From contig DASPXI010000046.1 of the NCBI GenBank assembly GCA_035637335.1, forward strand, positions 1,311 to 65,310: a stretch of DNA of 64,000 nt. Direction: 5' to 3'. This stretch comes from Acidimicrobiia bacterium (GTDB lineage Bacteria; Actinomycetota; Acidimicrobiia; IMCC26256; JACDBD01). Made by a program: the position numbers and the translations under genes. Shown piece by piece: positions 54,181 to 63,532 of this stretch (the first letter of the stretch is position 1; the number at the start of each line of letters is the position of its first letter). Below the pieces are notes generated by a model that was not told where the DNA came from, did not search any database, and worked only from the letters and a program-made list of their open reading frames with translations.

Positions 54181-54666
54181 GTGGAGGGCAGCCGTCCCGC
54201 CACCGTCGACGATCTTCCACGAATCGTCGAGCTGGCTGAGCTCTTACGCCACGAGCTCGTCCCGATGAAGGGCGGTGTCCTGTGGTCGAATCGCGAGGCG
54301 CGGGGCGAACCGCTCACCGAAGCGTACGCAGAGCTGCTCGATCGCGACGATGCGCTCGTCGTCGTCGGTACCGTCGACGAAACGGTCGTCGGCTTCGGTG
54401 TGGTGACACTGGAACGGTTGCGGACGGGGGAGACGCTCGGCGTCATCAGCGACTTGTTCGTAGAACCGGAGGCCCGTGCCGTCGGCGTGGGGGAGTCGAT
54501 TGCCGACGAGCTCGTGGCGTTCTGCACCGCGCACGATTGCATCGGTATCGACACCCTCGCGCTGCCGGGACACCGGGCGGCCAAGAACTTCTTCGAGGAG
54601 TCAGGCTTTACCGCGCGCGCGATCGTGATGCACCGGCTGCTCGATCGCGGCGGCGACGCGGGTTGA
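54181..54666 (+). CDS. GNAT family N-acetyltransferase
   Basis: 161 aa with an acetyl-CoA-binding-like segment (EPEARAVGVGESIADELV). Confidence 0.75.
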   Translation: MEGSRPATVDDLPRIVELAELLRHELVPMKGGVLWSNREARGEPLTEAYAELLDRDDALVVVGTVDETVVGFGVVTLERLRTGETLGVISDLFVEPEARAVGVGESIADELVAFCTAHDCIGIDTLALPGHRAAKNFFEESGFTARAIVMHRLLDRGGDAG

Positions 54667-55112
54667 GCGACAAGCCCGAGGTCGCCGTCGGCGCGGTGGT
54701 GCTGCGTGACGGCGAGCTCCTCCTGGTACGCCGCGGGCACGGCCCTGCCGCCGGCGAGTGGTCGCTCCCCGGCGGCCGCGTTCGCTTCGGTGAGGCGCTG
54801 CGCGAGGCAACCGTGCGCGAAACCCGCGAGGAGACCGGCATCGACGTACTCGTCGAACGCTTCCTCGGCTGGGTGGAGCGCATGGGCGCCGAGCCCGCGC
54901 CGTACCACTTCGTGATCCTCGATTTCGCCTGCGTCCCCCTCGACCCCCGGCAGGCGCCCGTCGCCGGCGACGACGCCGTCGAAGCCCGCTGGGTGCACCT
55001 CGACGAGCTCGACCGTCTCCCCCTGGTCCCCGGCCTGCTCGACTTCCTCGTCGAGGTCGGCGTGATGCACGGGGCCGCATCCATCGACCCCAGTGTCGAA
55101 CCGCCGGTATGA
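54663..55112 (+). CDS. NUDIX hydrolase
   Basis: Nudix box GGRVRFGEALREATVRETREETG. TTG 54663 overlaps the GNAT stop. Confidence 0.8.
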   Translation: MSDKPEVAVGAVVLRDGELLLVRRGHGPAAGEWSLPGGRVRFGEALREATVRETREETGIDVLVERFLGWVERMGAEPAPYHFVILDFACVPLDPRQAPVAGDDAVEARWVHLDELDRLPLVPGLLDFLVEVGVMHGAASIDPSVEPPV

Positions 55113-55906
55113 AGCACGCGCTCTTCCTGCCGCCATTCGGCTCGTTCGGGGACGCGGTGGAGCTTGTCGCGCTGGCTGTCGCGGCCGAAGAGGCGGGCTG
55201 GGACGGTTTCTTTCTCTGGGATCACGTCCTCCATCGCGTCGACGGTCCCTACCTCGACGCGTGGATCGCGCTCGCTGGCATCGCGGCGCGTACGGAGCGC
55301 ATCCGCATCGGGCCGATGGTGACACCGGTGCCACGCCGCCGGCCGTGGAAATTGGCGCGTGAGGCGGTCACTCTCGACCACATCTCACGCGGCCGCCTCG
55401 TGGTCGGCGTCGGGATCGGTACCGACCACTCGCGCGAATTCAGTGCGTTCGGGGAGCCGAGCGATGACCGCACCCACGCCGAGCTCCTGGACGAGGGCCT
55501 CGAGATCATCACCCGGTTGTGGAGCGAAAAGACGGTCGACCACCGCGGCCGGCATTTCAAGGTCGACGGCGTGCGCTTCCTCCCCGGCCCTCTCCAGCAG
55601 CCGCGGATCCCCATCTGGTGCGGGGCCCACTGGCCCCACCGCCGCCCATTCCGGCGAGCTGCCCGCTACGACGGCGTGATCCCCGTGGGCGACCTCACTC
55701 CCGCCGACCTCAGCGCCCTGATAGGGGAGATCACCACCCATCGGACCAGCGACGGCCCGTTCGACGTTGCGATCCCCTCCTGGACCGCCAACGCGCCGAG
55801 CGCCGAGTACGAATCTGTTGGCGCCACCTGGTGGCTGCAAGCCTTCCAGCCCGATACGCAGCCGAAGCAGGCGCAACAAGTCGTAGACGGGGGCCCACAG
55901 CGCTGA
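55109..55906 (+). CDS. LLM-class (luciferase-like) flavin/F420-dependent oxidoreductase
   Basis: 265 aa with a typical LLM N-terminus. ATGA overlap with the NUDIX gene. Confidence 0.75.
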   Translation: MKHALFLPPFGSFGDAVELVALAVAAEEAGWDGFFLWDHVLHRVDGPYLDAWIALAGIAARTERIRIGPMVTPVPRRRPWKLAREAVTLDHISRGRLVVGVGIGTDHSREFSAFGEPSDDRTHAELLDEGLEIITRLWSEKTVDHRGRHFKVDGVRFLPGPLQQPRIPIWCGAHWPHRRPFRRAARYDGVIPVGDLTPADLSALIGEITTHRTSDGPFDVAIPSWTANAPSAEYESVGATWWLQAFQPDTQPKQAQQVVDGGPQR

Positions 55907-55921
55907 CGGCCAGGGCGTACA

Positions 55922-55984
55922 GATGATTATGGGCGAAGCCGCCACACGGCCGAATGCCGTTCTCTTGCGCCGCCCATAATCATC
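55922..55984. repeat. AT-rich perfect 14-bp inverted repeat (GATGATTATGGGCG / CGCCCATAATCATC) enclosing a 35-nt loop with an inner hairpin
   Basis: Seen directly, between two convergent genes. Confidence 0.85.
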
Positions 55985-56034
55985 GTTATGTCACTTTGGC
56001 CTGATCCAAAGGCACGGCGCTGATCGGCACCTGA

Positions 56035-56403
56035 TCAGGCCCGCTCCTCCAGGGCCTTCAGCATCCGCTTCAGGGCGACCTGGCGGTAGGAGCCCTCCAT
56101 AAGCTCGCCGACCTCGGTCCAGTCGACCTTCTTGCGAACGGTGAAGTCGAGGGCGAGCCAGCCGCCGGGTCCGAAGTACAGCGGCACGTAGATGCGGCGG
56201 TCCTGCACCAGGGCCGGGTACTCGTCGGGCTCGGGCTTGAAGATCACGCCGTAGGGACGGTCGTCGTCGCCCGAGAAGACGGCGAAGATCTTCTTGCCGG
56301 CGCGAAAGGTGGGCCTCCCCCACGCTTCGACTTCGCATGCCTCGGGAAAGCCGAGGCACACCTGACGCAGCTCGGTGAGGTACGGGTCGTCGTCGCTGTA
56401 CAT
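56035..56403 (-). CDS. MmcQ/YjbR family DNA-binding protein
   Basis: 122 aa starting at ATG 56403 (LRQVCLGFPEA...WGRPTFRAGKKIFA). Confidence 0.7.
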   Translation of the reverse strand: MYSDDDPYLTELRQVCLGFPEACEVEAWGRPTFRAGKKIFAVFSGDDDRPYGVIFKPEPDEYPALVQDRRIYVPLYFGPGGWLALDFTVRKKVDWTEVGELMEGSYRQVALKRMLKALEERA

Positions 56404-56473
56404 CCGCGGGTGCGCCACAGCGAGCGACCCTACGCTACGAGCGGTCCCGCGACCGGCGGAGCGAGGAGGCCGC

Positions 56474-56872
56474 ATGGTCGAGCGCACGGCAGTCAACCCC
56501 TGGACGTGGTCGCTGCAGTTCGGGTTCAACCAAGGCGAGATCGTCGAGGGCGCGACGCGGGTCCTGTTCTGTGCCGGTCAGACCTCGGTCGACGGTGACG
56601 GCAACCCGCAGCATCCCGGCGACATGGCGGCGCAAATCGCATTGGCGGCCGACAACCTCGAGGCCGTGCTCCGCGAGGCGGGGATGAGCCTGTCGAACGT
56701 CGTGCGGATGAACTTCTACACCACCGACATCGACGCGTTCTTCGAGCACGCGGGAGTGCTCGCGGAGCGAACTAGCGCCGCCGGAGTGGCGCCCGTCGGC
56801 ACGCTCCTCGGTGTGGCGCGCCTCGCGTTCCCCGAGCTCATGATCGAGCTGGAGGCGACTGCCGTCGCGTGA
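56474..56872 (+). CDS. RidA/YjgF family protein
   Basis: ATG 56474 lies 4 nt after GAGGAGG. The sequence is YjgF-like. Confidence 0.8.
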   Translation: MVERTAVNPWTWSLQFGFNQGEIVEGATRVLFCAGQTSVDGDGNPQHPGDMAAQIALAADNLEAVLREAGMSLSNVVRMNFYTTDIDAFFEHAGVLAERTSAAGVAPVGTLLGVARLAFPELMIELEATAVA

Positions 56873-56875
56873 GGG

Positions 56876-59755
56876 TCAGTCTTCCGCGTACGCGCTCACG
56901 GGCGGGCACACACACATGACGTTGCGGTCGCCGTAGGCGTTGTCGATCCGGCTCACGGGAGACCAGTACTTGTCCGTGCGCAACGACTCCACCGGAAACG
57001 CAGCCTCGTCACGCGCGTACGGATGGCTCCAGTCGTCGTTGGCGACATCAGCGGCGGGGTGGGGTGCGTGGCGCACAGGGCTGTCCTCGACCCGCCACTC
57101 CCCCCGCTCGACCCGGCGGATCTCGTCGCGAATGGCGATCATGGCGTCGCAGTACCGGTCGAGCTCGTGCAGATCCTCCGACTCGGTCGGTTCGATCATC
57201 AGCGTGCCCGCGACCGGGAACGACATCGTCGGCGCGTGGAAGCCGAAATCGATGAGCCGCTTGGCGACGTCCTCGACCGTGACGCCCGTTGTGTGCGTGA
57301 TGGGCCGCAGGTCGACGATGCACTCGTGCGCGACGAATCCTCCGGGGCCGGTGTAGAGCACCGGATAGTGCGACGCGAGCCGGCGGGCCACATAGTTTGC
57401 GTTGAGGATCGCCATCTGCGTCGCTCGCAGCAGACCGGTGGGGCCCATCATCGCGATGTACGCCCACGAGATCGGCAGGATCCCGGCCGAGCCCCAGGGC
57501 GCCGCCGAGATCACCCCCAGGCCCGTCTCGGGGCCGGCCTCGGCCACCTGGCCATGGCGGGGCAGGAACGGCGCCAGGTGCTCACGCACGCCGATCGGGC
57601 CGACGCCCGGCCCTCCCCCACCGTGCGGGATGCAGAACGTCTTGTGCAGGTTCAGATGCGACACGTCAGCGCCGAACTCGCCCGGCTTGGCCACCCCCAC
57701 CAGGGCGTTGAGGTTGGCGCCGTCGAGATAGACCTGGCCACCGAACTCGTGCACGACGGCACAGATGTCGACGATGCGATGCTCGAACACGCCGTGCGTC
57801 GACGGGTACGTGACCATGAGCGCGGCGAGCCGGTCGGCATGCTCGTTCGCCTTCTTCTTCAGGTCGTCGAAGTCGACGTTCCCGTCCTCGTCGCACTCGA
57901 CGACGACGACATCGAGGCCCGCCATCGCGGCGCTGGCCGCGTTCGTGCCGTGCGCCGACGCCGGGATGAGGCACACGTTCCGGCCGGGCTCGCTGCGGCT
58001 CTCGTGGTACTTCCGGATCGCGAGCAGCCCGGCGAACTCGCCCTGTGATCCTGCGTTCGGTTGCAGCGACACGGCGTCGTATCCGGTGATCTCGCACAGC
58101 CACGCCTCGAGCTCGGCGAACAGCTGCAGATATCCCTGGGCTTGCTCCAGAGGCGCGAACGGATGCAGGCGCGAGAACTCCGGCCACGTCACCGCCAACA
58201 TCTCGCTGGTCGCGTTGAGCTTCATCGTGCACGACCCGAGCGGGATCATCGTGCGGTCGAGGGCGAGGTCCCGATCGGCGAGGCGCCGGAGGTAGCGCAG
58301 CATCTCGGTCTCGGAGTGATACCGGTGAAAGACCGGATGGACCAGGAAGTCCGTTGTTCGGTCGAGCGTGTCCGGGATTGCCCGCGGCGCGCGCCGGTCG
58401 AGCGCGGCGACCGACGCCTGCACACCGAAGGCGTCCCACACCCGCTCGACGACATCGCGGTCCGTGACCTCGTCGAGGGCGACGCCGAGCGTGTCGGCGT
58501 CGACCAACCGGAGGTTGATGCGGCGGTCCCGAGCCCGCGACGCGATCTGGGCGGCACGCCCGGGCACGGGGACGGTGATCGTGTCGAAGAACTGATCGGT
58601 CACGACGCTCACGCCCGCTCCCCGGAGCCCTTCGGCGAGGATCGCCGTCAGCCGGTGGACGCGCCGGGCGATGCGGCGCAGGCCGTCAGGCCCGTGGTAC
58701 GTCGCGTACAAGCCCGCCATCACCGCCAGCAGCACCTGGGCGGTGCAGATGTTGCTCGTCGCCCGCTCCCGCCGGATGTGCTGCTCGCGGGTCTGGAGGG
58801 CAAGGCGAAGCGCCGGGCGCCCTGAAGCGTCGACCGACACTCCGACGAGGCGTCCCGGTATCGATCGTTTGTGTGCGTCGCGTGTCGCGAAGAACGCGGC
58901 GTGCGGACCGCCGAAACCCATCGGCACTCCGAACCGCTGCGACGAGCCCACCACCACGTCGGCGCCCATCTCCCCCGGCGGCGTCAGCAGGACGAGCGCG
59001 AGCAGGTCACTCGCCACCGCGACGAGCGCGTCCTGCGTGTGGAGCTGTTCGATCACCGCGCGAAGGTCGCGAACCGTGCCGCTGCTCCCCGGGTACTGGA
59101 GCAAGGCGCCGAACACGCCGTCCGTAGGGATGTCAGCGGCATCGATGTCGGTGACCACCACGTCGACTCCGATCGGTTCGGCGCGCGTCCGCACGACGTC
59201 GATCGTCTGCGGATGAGAGTCGGCGTCGACGAGGAACGTCGCTCCTGCGTTCGGGTTCAGGCGATGGCACATCGCCATGGCCTCGGCGGCCGCGGTGGCC
59301 TCGTCGAGCAACGAGGCGTTGGCGATCTCCATGCCGGTGAGGTCGCTCACCATCGTCTGGAAGTTGAGCAACGCCTCGAGGCGCCCCTGGGAGATCTCCG
59401 GCTGGTACGGCGTATACGCGGTGTACCAGGCGGGGTTCTCGAGCACGTTTCGCAGGATGACGGGCGGGGTGAGCGTGTCGGAGTAGCCCATGCCGATCAG
59501 CGACGTGAACACCTCGTTGCGCTCGGCCAGCTCCCGCAGTCGCGTCAGCGCCTCCGGCTCCGGGCGAGCGGGAGGCAGCCGCAGTGGATCGCGCGTGCGG
59601 ATGCTGTCGGGGACCGCGCGGTCGATGAGCTCCTCGAGGGACGACAGCCCGAGCGCGTCGAGCATGCGGGATTGTTCGTCGGCGTCCGGACCAATGTGCC
59701 GGCCGACGAACTCGTCGGGTGCCTCCAACTCAGGGAGTGACTGCTCGGCTGCCAT
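56876..59755 (-). CDS. gcvP: Glycine dehydrogenase (decarboxylating), single-chain P protein
   Basis: The C-terminal 959 aa of track ORF 56876..60994 (FVGRHIGP..., PLP-site region [16 protein letters not shown]). ATG 59755 is preceded by AAGAGGAG. Confidence 0.92.
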   Translation of the reverse strand: MAAEQSLPELEAPDEFVGRHIGPDADEQSRMLDALGLSSLEELIDRAVPDSIRTRDPLRLPPARPEPEALTRLRELAERNEVFTSLIGMGYSDTLTPPVILRNVLENPAWYTAYTPYQPEISQGRLEALLNFQTMVSDLTGMEIANASLLDEATAAAEAMAMCHRLNPNAGATFLVDADSHPQTIDVVRTRAEPIGVDVVVTDIDAADIPTDGVFGALLQYPGSSGTVRDLRAVIEQLHTQDALVAVASDLLALVLLTPPGEMGADVVVGSSQRFGVPMGFGGPHAAFFATRDAHKRSIPGRLVGVSVDASGRPALRLALQTREQHIRRERATSNICTAQVLLAVMAGLYATYHGPDGLRRIARRVHRLTAILAEGLRGAGVSVVTDQFFDTITVPVPGRAAQIASRARDRRINLRLVDADTLGVALDEVTDRDVVERVWDAFGVQASVAALDRRAPRAIPDTLDRTTDFLVHPVFHRYHSETEMLRYLRRLADRDLALDRTMIPLGSCTMKLNATSEMLAVTWPEFSRLHPFAPLEQAQGYLQLFAELEAWLCEITGYDAVSLQPNAGSQGEFAGLLAIRKYHESRSEPGRNVCLIPASAHGTNAASAAMAGLDVVVVECDEDGNVDFDDLKKKANEHADRLAALMVTYPSTHGVFEHRIVDICAVVHEFGGQVYLDGANLNALVGVAKPGEFGADVSHLNLHKTFCIPHGGGGPGVGPIGVREHLAPFLPRHGQVAEAGPETGLGVISAAPWGSAGILPISWAYIAMMGPTGLLRATQMAILNANYVARRLASHYPVLYTGPGGFVAHECIVDLRPITHTTGVTVEDVAKRLIDFGFHAPTMSFPVAGTLMIEPTESEDLHELDRYCDAMIAIRDEIRRVERGEWRVEDSPVRHAPHPAADVANDDWSHPYARDEAAFPVESLRTDKYWSPVSRIDNAYGDRNVMCVCPPVSAYAED

Positions 59756-59804
59756 CGGCTCCTCTTTCGATCGACGTCCCGGGGCCACGAACTGGTGGCC
59801 CGCT

Positions 59805-60003
59805 CCCCGCTCTGTCCCGGGACCTGAGAGATTCACCGGCCGCCGGCGGCCGGCTTTCCCCGTCGGTGAGACCCCGGCCGTGACCGGTGCCCGCTCTCCA
59901 GAGGTGCCTCGCCCGGGCGGTCCATTCGCCTGAGAGTTTCCGGGGAGGGGTTGCTCCTTCGGCTCCCCCGGCCGAGAACGGTCGGGGGGCTCTCCCGCTC
60001 GGG
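59805..60003 (-). ncRNA. Tandem glycine riboswitch (two aptamers) in the gcvP leader
   Basis: Minus-strand aptamer 1: GGGAGAG...GCCGAAGGAGCAA...CTCTCAGGC..GGAC. Aptamer 2: CTCTGGAGAG...CACCGACGGGGAAAG...CTCTCAGG..GGACAGAG. A GGGCCAC/GTGGCCC hairpin follows, then the Shine-Dalgarno. Confidence 0.85.
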
Positions 60004-60024
60004 TTCGACGGCTTTCCCGCGAGG

Positions 60025-61131
60025 TTAGTTGCGGTGCGGGACGAAGGGTGGCCTGGTGACGGTCGCGGGCGCCGGTCGCCCTCGGATGTCGACGAGGGCC
60101 GCAGCACCGTCTTCGACGTCGGGGCGTAGGAACGCGAGTGCAATGCCTCGTTCCAGGCACGGCGAGAAGTTCCCGCTCGTCACCTCGCCGACCCGCTCCT
60201 CCGCCACCGACACGGGATACCCGCTCCGGGGAATCTGGCGGCCCGCGAGCACGAGGCCGCGCAACCGCCGTGTCACCCCGCGCTCGCGTTCGGCGAGCAG
60301 CGGGCCACGACCGCGGAACTCGCCCTTGTCGAAGCGGACGACCCACGACAGCCCTGCTTGGAGGGGCGTGATCCCCAGGCCGAGCTCGTGGCCGTGCAGC
60401 GGGAGCCCGGCTTCGAGTCGCAGCGTGTCGCGGGCGCCCAGCCCGGCGGGCTGGACACCGGCACCGAGCAGCTTCTGCCAGCAGGCGGGCGCGACCGCCG
60501 CCGGCACGTGCAGCTCGACGCCGTCTTCGCCCGTGTACCCGGTCCCCGCCATCCAACCGGGCGCACCCTCGAAGACCGCGGGCTGCACGCCGAAGCGCGG
60601 CACCTCGGCCCACGAGGTGTCGAGGGCGCGCAGCCGCTCCCTGGCCTGGGGGCCCTGCACGGCCAGGACGGCCCGTGACGCCGTCACGTCCTCGACGGTG
60701 CACGCGCCGTCGGCGTGGCTGCGGGCTGCGTCCTCGAGGGCGGCAACGAGCGGTCCCGTGTTCGAGGCGTTCGGCATGACAAGGAACTCGCGCTCCCCCA
60801 CCCACCACACGATGATGTCGTCGACGACGTGCGCGTCGTCGGGGTCGAGGAGGTGGGTGTACTGGGCGCGGCCGGGCTCGATGCGGCCGAGGTCGTTCGT
60901 GAGCGCCCACTGGAGCATGCCGAACGCGCCGGGGCCCGCCACCCGCACCGACCCGAGATGCGACACGTCGAAGACGACCGCGCGCTCCCTGCACGCTCGG
61001 TGCTCCTCGATCACGCTCGAGAACTGGATCGGCATGTCCCAGCCTCCGAATGCGGCCATGCGCGCGCCGACCGCGCGGTGCTCCGCGTTGAGCGGGCTGT
61101 GACGCAGCGGCGAGCTCGTAGGTTCGGCCAC
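60025..61131 (-). CDS. gcvT: Glycine cleavage system aminomethyltransferase T protein
   Basis: 368 aa ([20 protein letters not shown]...). Confidence 0.9.
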   Translation of the reverse strand: MAEPTSSPLRHSPLNAEHRAVGARMAAFGGWDMPIQFSSVIEEHRACRERAVVFDVSHLGSVRVAGPGAFGMLQWALTNDLGRIEPGRAQYTHLLDPDDAHVVDDIIVWWVGEREFLVMPNASNTGPLVAALEDAARSHADGACTVEDVTASRAVLAVQGPQARERLRALDTSWAEVPRFGVQPAVFEGAPGWMAGTGYTGEDGVELHVPAAVAPACWQKLLGAGVQPAGLGARDTLRLEAGLPLHGHELGLGITPLQAGLSWVVRFDKGEFRGRGPLLAERERGVTRRLRGLVLAGRQIPRSGYPVSVAEERVGEVTSGNFSPCLERGIALAFLRPDVEDGAAALVDIRGRPAPATVTRPPFVPHRN

Positions 61132-61160
61132 CGGGGCAGCGTATGCCGCCGCGGTCGGGC

Positions 61161-61628
61161 TCAGGCCGACTCGGCCTCCGAGCCGGCGCGGCGCGACGAA
61201 CGGCGCGCGTGACCGGCGGCGGGATCGACGTCCAGGCGCAACGGACCTCCCTCGCCGAGTTGCTCGCTCAGCTGGGACGGCGGTTCGAGCCCATACTTCA
61301 CGAGCAGGTGCAGGTAGTCGCGCTGGTAGATGAGCTTGATACGCACGTCGGGGTGGAGCTCCTGGAGCCGGCGTGCCTTGCGGTTCTTCTTCGTGACGAG
61401 CTTCTGGTTGAGCGTCGTGACCTCGATGTACAGGTCGTACGCGGGGAGATAGAAGTCAGGGGTGAAAGCCTGCGCAGGGCGCCCGTCACGGTCACGCTCG
61501 AGCGTGAACGTACGCGGCTCGTACTGCCACTCGATGCCGTAGAAGTCGAGGAGCTTCGCGAACTGGCGCTCGGAGTTGTGGGCGAAGCGCACACGCTCGT
61601 GAGGCAGCGTCGCTTCGCTCGTGGCCAC
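61161..61628 (-). CDS. Hypothetical protein with a PD-(D/E)xK-like core
   Basis: 155 aa. [17 protein letters not shown]...KLVTKK resembles a restriction-endonuclease-like fold. This is my inference only. Confidence 0.5.
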   Translation of the reverse strand: MATSEATLPHERVRFAHNSERQFAKLLDFYGIEWQYEPRTFTLERDRDGRPAQAFTPDFYLPAYDLYIEVTTLNQKLVTKKNRKARRLQELHPDVRIKLIYQRDYLHLLVKYGLEPPSQLSEQLGEGGPLRLDVDPAAGHARRSSRRAGSEAESA

Positions 61629-61634
61629 GTGCGG

Positions 61635-62222
61635 TCAGCCGCCCTCGGCTGCGGTGGGCCCGCCGGCGCGCGACGGCACCCGATCCGTCGCGTCCTCCGA
61701 CGCGGCGTCGGCCAACGTGTGGATGCTCGCCTGCAGCTCCTCGACCACTTGACCCAGCGACACGATGTTGAGCACACCCTGGCCGTGACGCAGGACGTCG
61801 ACGAGGTCGTCGCCGCTGCGCACGAGCACGGAGTTGCCGCCGTTGAGGACGAGGCTCGCCGACGACCAGTCGTCGCCGAGGTCGCCGCGGATGTACTCGA
61901 TCGCCTTCCGAGCCGTCTGCAGTTTCACGCCCGCGTCGAGCAGGTTCTTGATCACCTTGAGGCGCACGAGGTCGCGATACGAGTACCGGCGCTGGGTGCC
62001 GCTGCCGTGCGCGTCGGCGAGCGATGGACGCACGAGGTCGGTCCGGGCCCAGTAGTCGAGTTGCCGGTACGAGATACCGACGATCTTGCACACCTGAGGG
62101 CCGCGGAACCCTTCGCCCTGCTCGCCGTTCCCGGCGCTCAGGCTCGCGAGCGCGGCGTCCAGCGAGTCCTGTTCGACCTTCGCCCTGGTCGTGCTCTCAC
62201 CCATCTCACCAGTCGCAGCCAT
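61635..62222 (-). CDS. MerR family transcriptional regulator
   Basis: HTH sequence VCKIVGISYRQLDYWARTDLV...RRYSYRDLVRLKVIKNLLDAGV. Confidence 0.8.
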   Translation of the reverse strand: MAATGEMGESTTRAKVEQDSLDAALASLSAGNGEQGEGFRGPQVCKIVGISYRQLDYWARTDLVRPSLADAHGSGTQRRYSYRDLVRLKVIKNLLDAGVKLQTARKAIEYIRGDLGDDWSSASLVLNGGNSVLVRSGDDLVDVLRHGQGVLNIVSLGQVVEELQASIHTLADAASEDATDRVPSRAGGPTAAEGG

Positions 62223-62289
62223 CGGAACGCTCCGGTCTGCGGGCCCGGCGGCCGCCCGCGAGTGACATACCCGTAGTTACGCCCGTGTG

Positions 62290-62318
62290 ACGCTACCCCC
62301 CGCCGAGAGGCGGGTCAA
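62290..62318 (-). promoter_or_regulatory. Candidate sigma-A-type promoter for the MerR gene (TTGACC-N17-TAGCGT)
   Basis: On the minus strand, -35 TTGACC is at 62318-62313 and -10 TAGCGT at 62295-62290, with an exact 17-nt spacer. Confidence 0.5.
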
Positions 62319-62340
62319 CGTTCGGGGCCCCGCCCCGGCC

Positions 62341-62844
62341 TCAGCCCCCGGTCGAACCCCCGCCCTGGGCGAAGTCCTCTGGGCGGACCTGGTCGAGGAA
62401 CTCCCGGAACTGCTCGATCTGCTCTTCTTCCTCGTCGTTCTCGAAGAGCACGCCGGCCTCGTCGAGGACGGCTTCGTCGGCGAAGATCGGCACGGAGTCC
62501 TCGTACCGGACGGCAAGCGCGATGGCGTCGGAGGGCCGGGACGAGATCCGGTAGGCGTTGCCGTTGTTGGACAGCTCGATCTCTGCGTAGAAGGTGCCGT
62601 CGTGGAGCTCGGTGATGACAACCTGCTGGAGCCGGATCGACATGTCGTCGAGGACGTTCTTGAACAGGTCGTGGGTCATGGGCCGGGGGGTCTCCATGCC
62701 CTGGAGGGCGTAGACGATCGCGGTCGCCTCCGGCGGCCCGATGAAGATCGGCAGGTACCGCTGCCCGTCGTCTTCCCGCAGGAGCACGATCGGCTGGTTC
62801 GTCGGAACCTCGACTCGAACGCCGACCAGCGACAGGCGGATCAC
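62341..62844 (-). CDS. Bifunctional nuclease family protein (DUF151)
   Basis: 167 aa (PIVLLREDDGQRYLPIFIGPPEATAI...THDLF). Confidence 0.8.
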   Translation of the reverse strand: MIRLSLVGVRVEVPTNQPIVLLREDDGQRYLPIFIGPPEATAIVYALQGMETPRPMTHDLFKNVLDDMSIRLQQVVITELHDGTFYAEIELSNNGNAYRISSRPSDAIALAVRYEDSVPIFADEAVLDEAGVLFENDEEEEQIEQFREFLDQVRPEDFAQGGGSTGG

Positions 62845-62872
62845 GCACTTCCTCCGTAGATCCGGGGAGCCC

Positions 62873-63532
62873 TCAATCTACCACCGGCCTTCCGGAGTGG
62901 AGTGACCGCTGGGACCCGCCGATCGTCTCGCTCTCACCGGCGTAGAGGGCGTCCACGTAGGCCTCGGGCCGTTCGAGCACGACTCGCCGGTCGACCTCCA
63001 CGATGTACGGCACGTTGCGGTACAGGTCGGCGTAGTGGAGGCCGTACCCGAGCACGAACACGTCATCGATCTGCTGTCCGACGTAGCGGACAGTCTGCGG
63101 GACGATCCGTCGTTCGGGTCGATCGAGCAGCGTGCACACGTCGAGCGAGCGTGGGGCCCGCTCCTGCACGTGCGACAGCAGATAGGCGATCGTGAGGCCG
63201 GTGTCGACCAGGTCCTCGACGATGACCACGTCGCGTCCCTCGACGTCCACTTCGAGGTCCTTCAGGATGCGGACGCGGCCGGAGTCAGGCGCGTACCGTG
63301 AGATGGCGAGGAAATCGACGGTCACGTCGACATCCGTGATGGCCCGGGCCAGGTCGGCGAGGAAGATCAACGCGCCTTTGAGAACTCCGACGAGCACGAC
63401 CCGTTCCGGGTGATCGGCGGTGATCTCTCCCGCGATGCGCTCCACGTGGCGCGCGAGCGATTCCCGGTCGATGAGAACCCTGGGAGGTGGTTCGCCGCGA
63501 GCTGTGCCCTCCCGACGCCTCGGCGGGCTCAC
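62873..63532 (-). CDS. hpt: Hypoxanthine phosphoribosyltransferase
   Basis: PRPP motif VVIVEDLVDTGLT. GTG 63532 forms a GTGA overlap with the upstream stop. Has a C-terminal tail of about 35 aa. Confidence 0.8.
   Translation of the reverse strand: MSPPRRREGTARGEPPPRVLIDRESLARHVERIAGEITADHPERVVLVGVLKGALIFLADLARAITDVDVTVDFLAISRYAPDSGRVRILKDLEVDVEGRDVVIVEDLVDTGLTIAYLLSHVQERAPRSLDVCTLLDRPERRIVPQTVRYVGQQIDDVFVLGYGLHYADLYRNVPYIVEVDRRVVLERPEAYVDALYAGESETIGGSQRSLHSGRPVVD

Noticed and set aside
55923-55979. 18-codon ORFs on both strands (MIMGEAATRPNAVLLRRP and its mirror) inside the AT-rich inverted repeat.
   Set aside because: Both are a by-product of the palindrome (ATTATGGGCG / CGCCCATAAT), with no Shine-Dalgarno or -10 box. 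There is no reason to think they are translated.
56876-60994. 1372-aa track ORF suggesting a giant GcvP with a 413-aa N-terminal extension.
   Set aside because: - The extension is Arg/Pro/Gly-rich.
- It runs through the glycine riboswitch and overlaps gcvT in another frame.
- GcvP homology begins at [23 protein letters not shown] (ATG 59755, preceded by AAGAGGAG).
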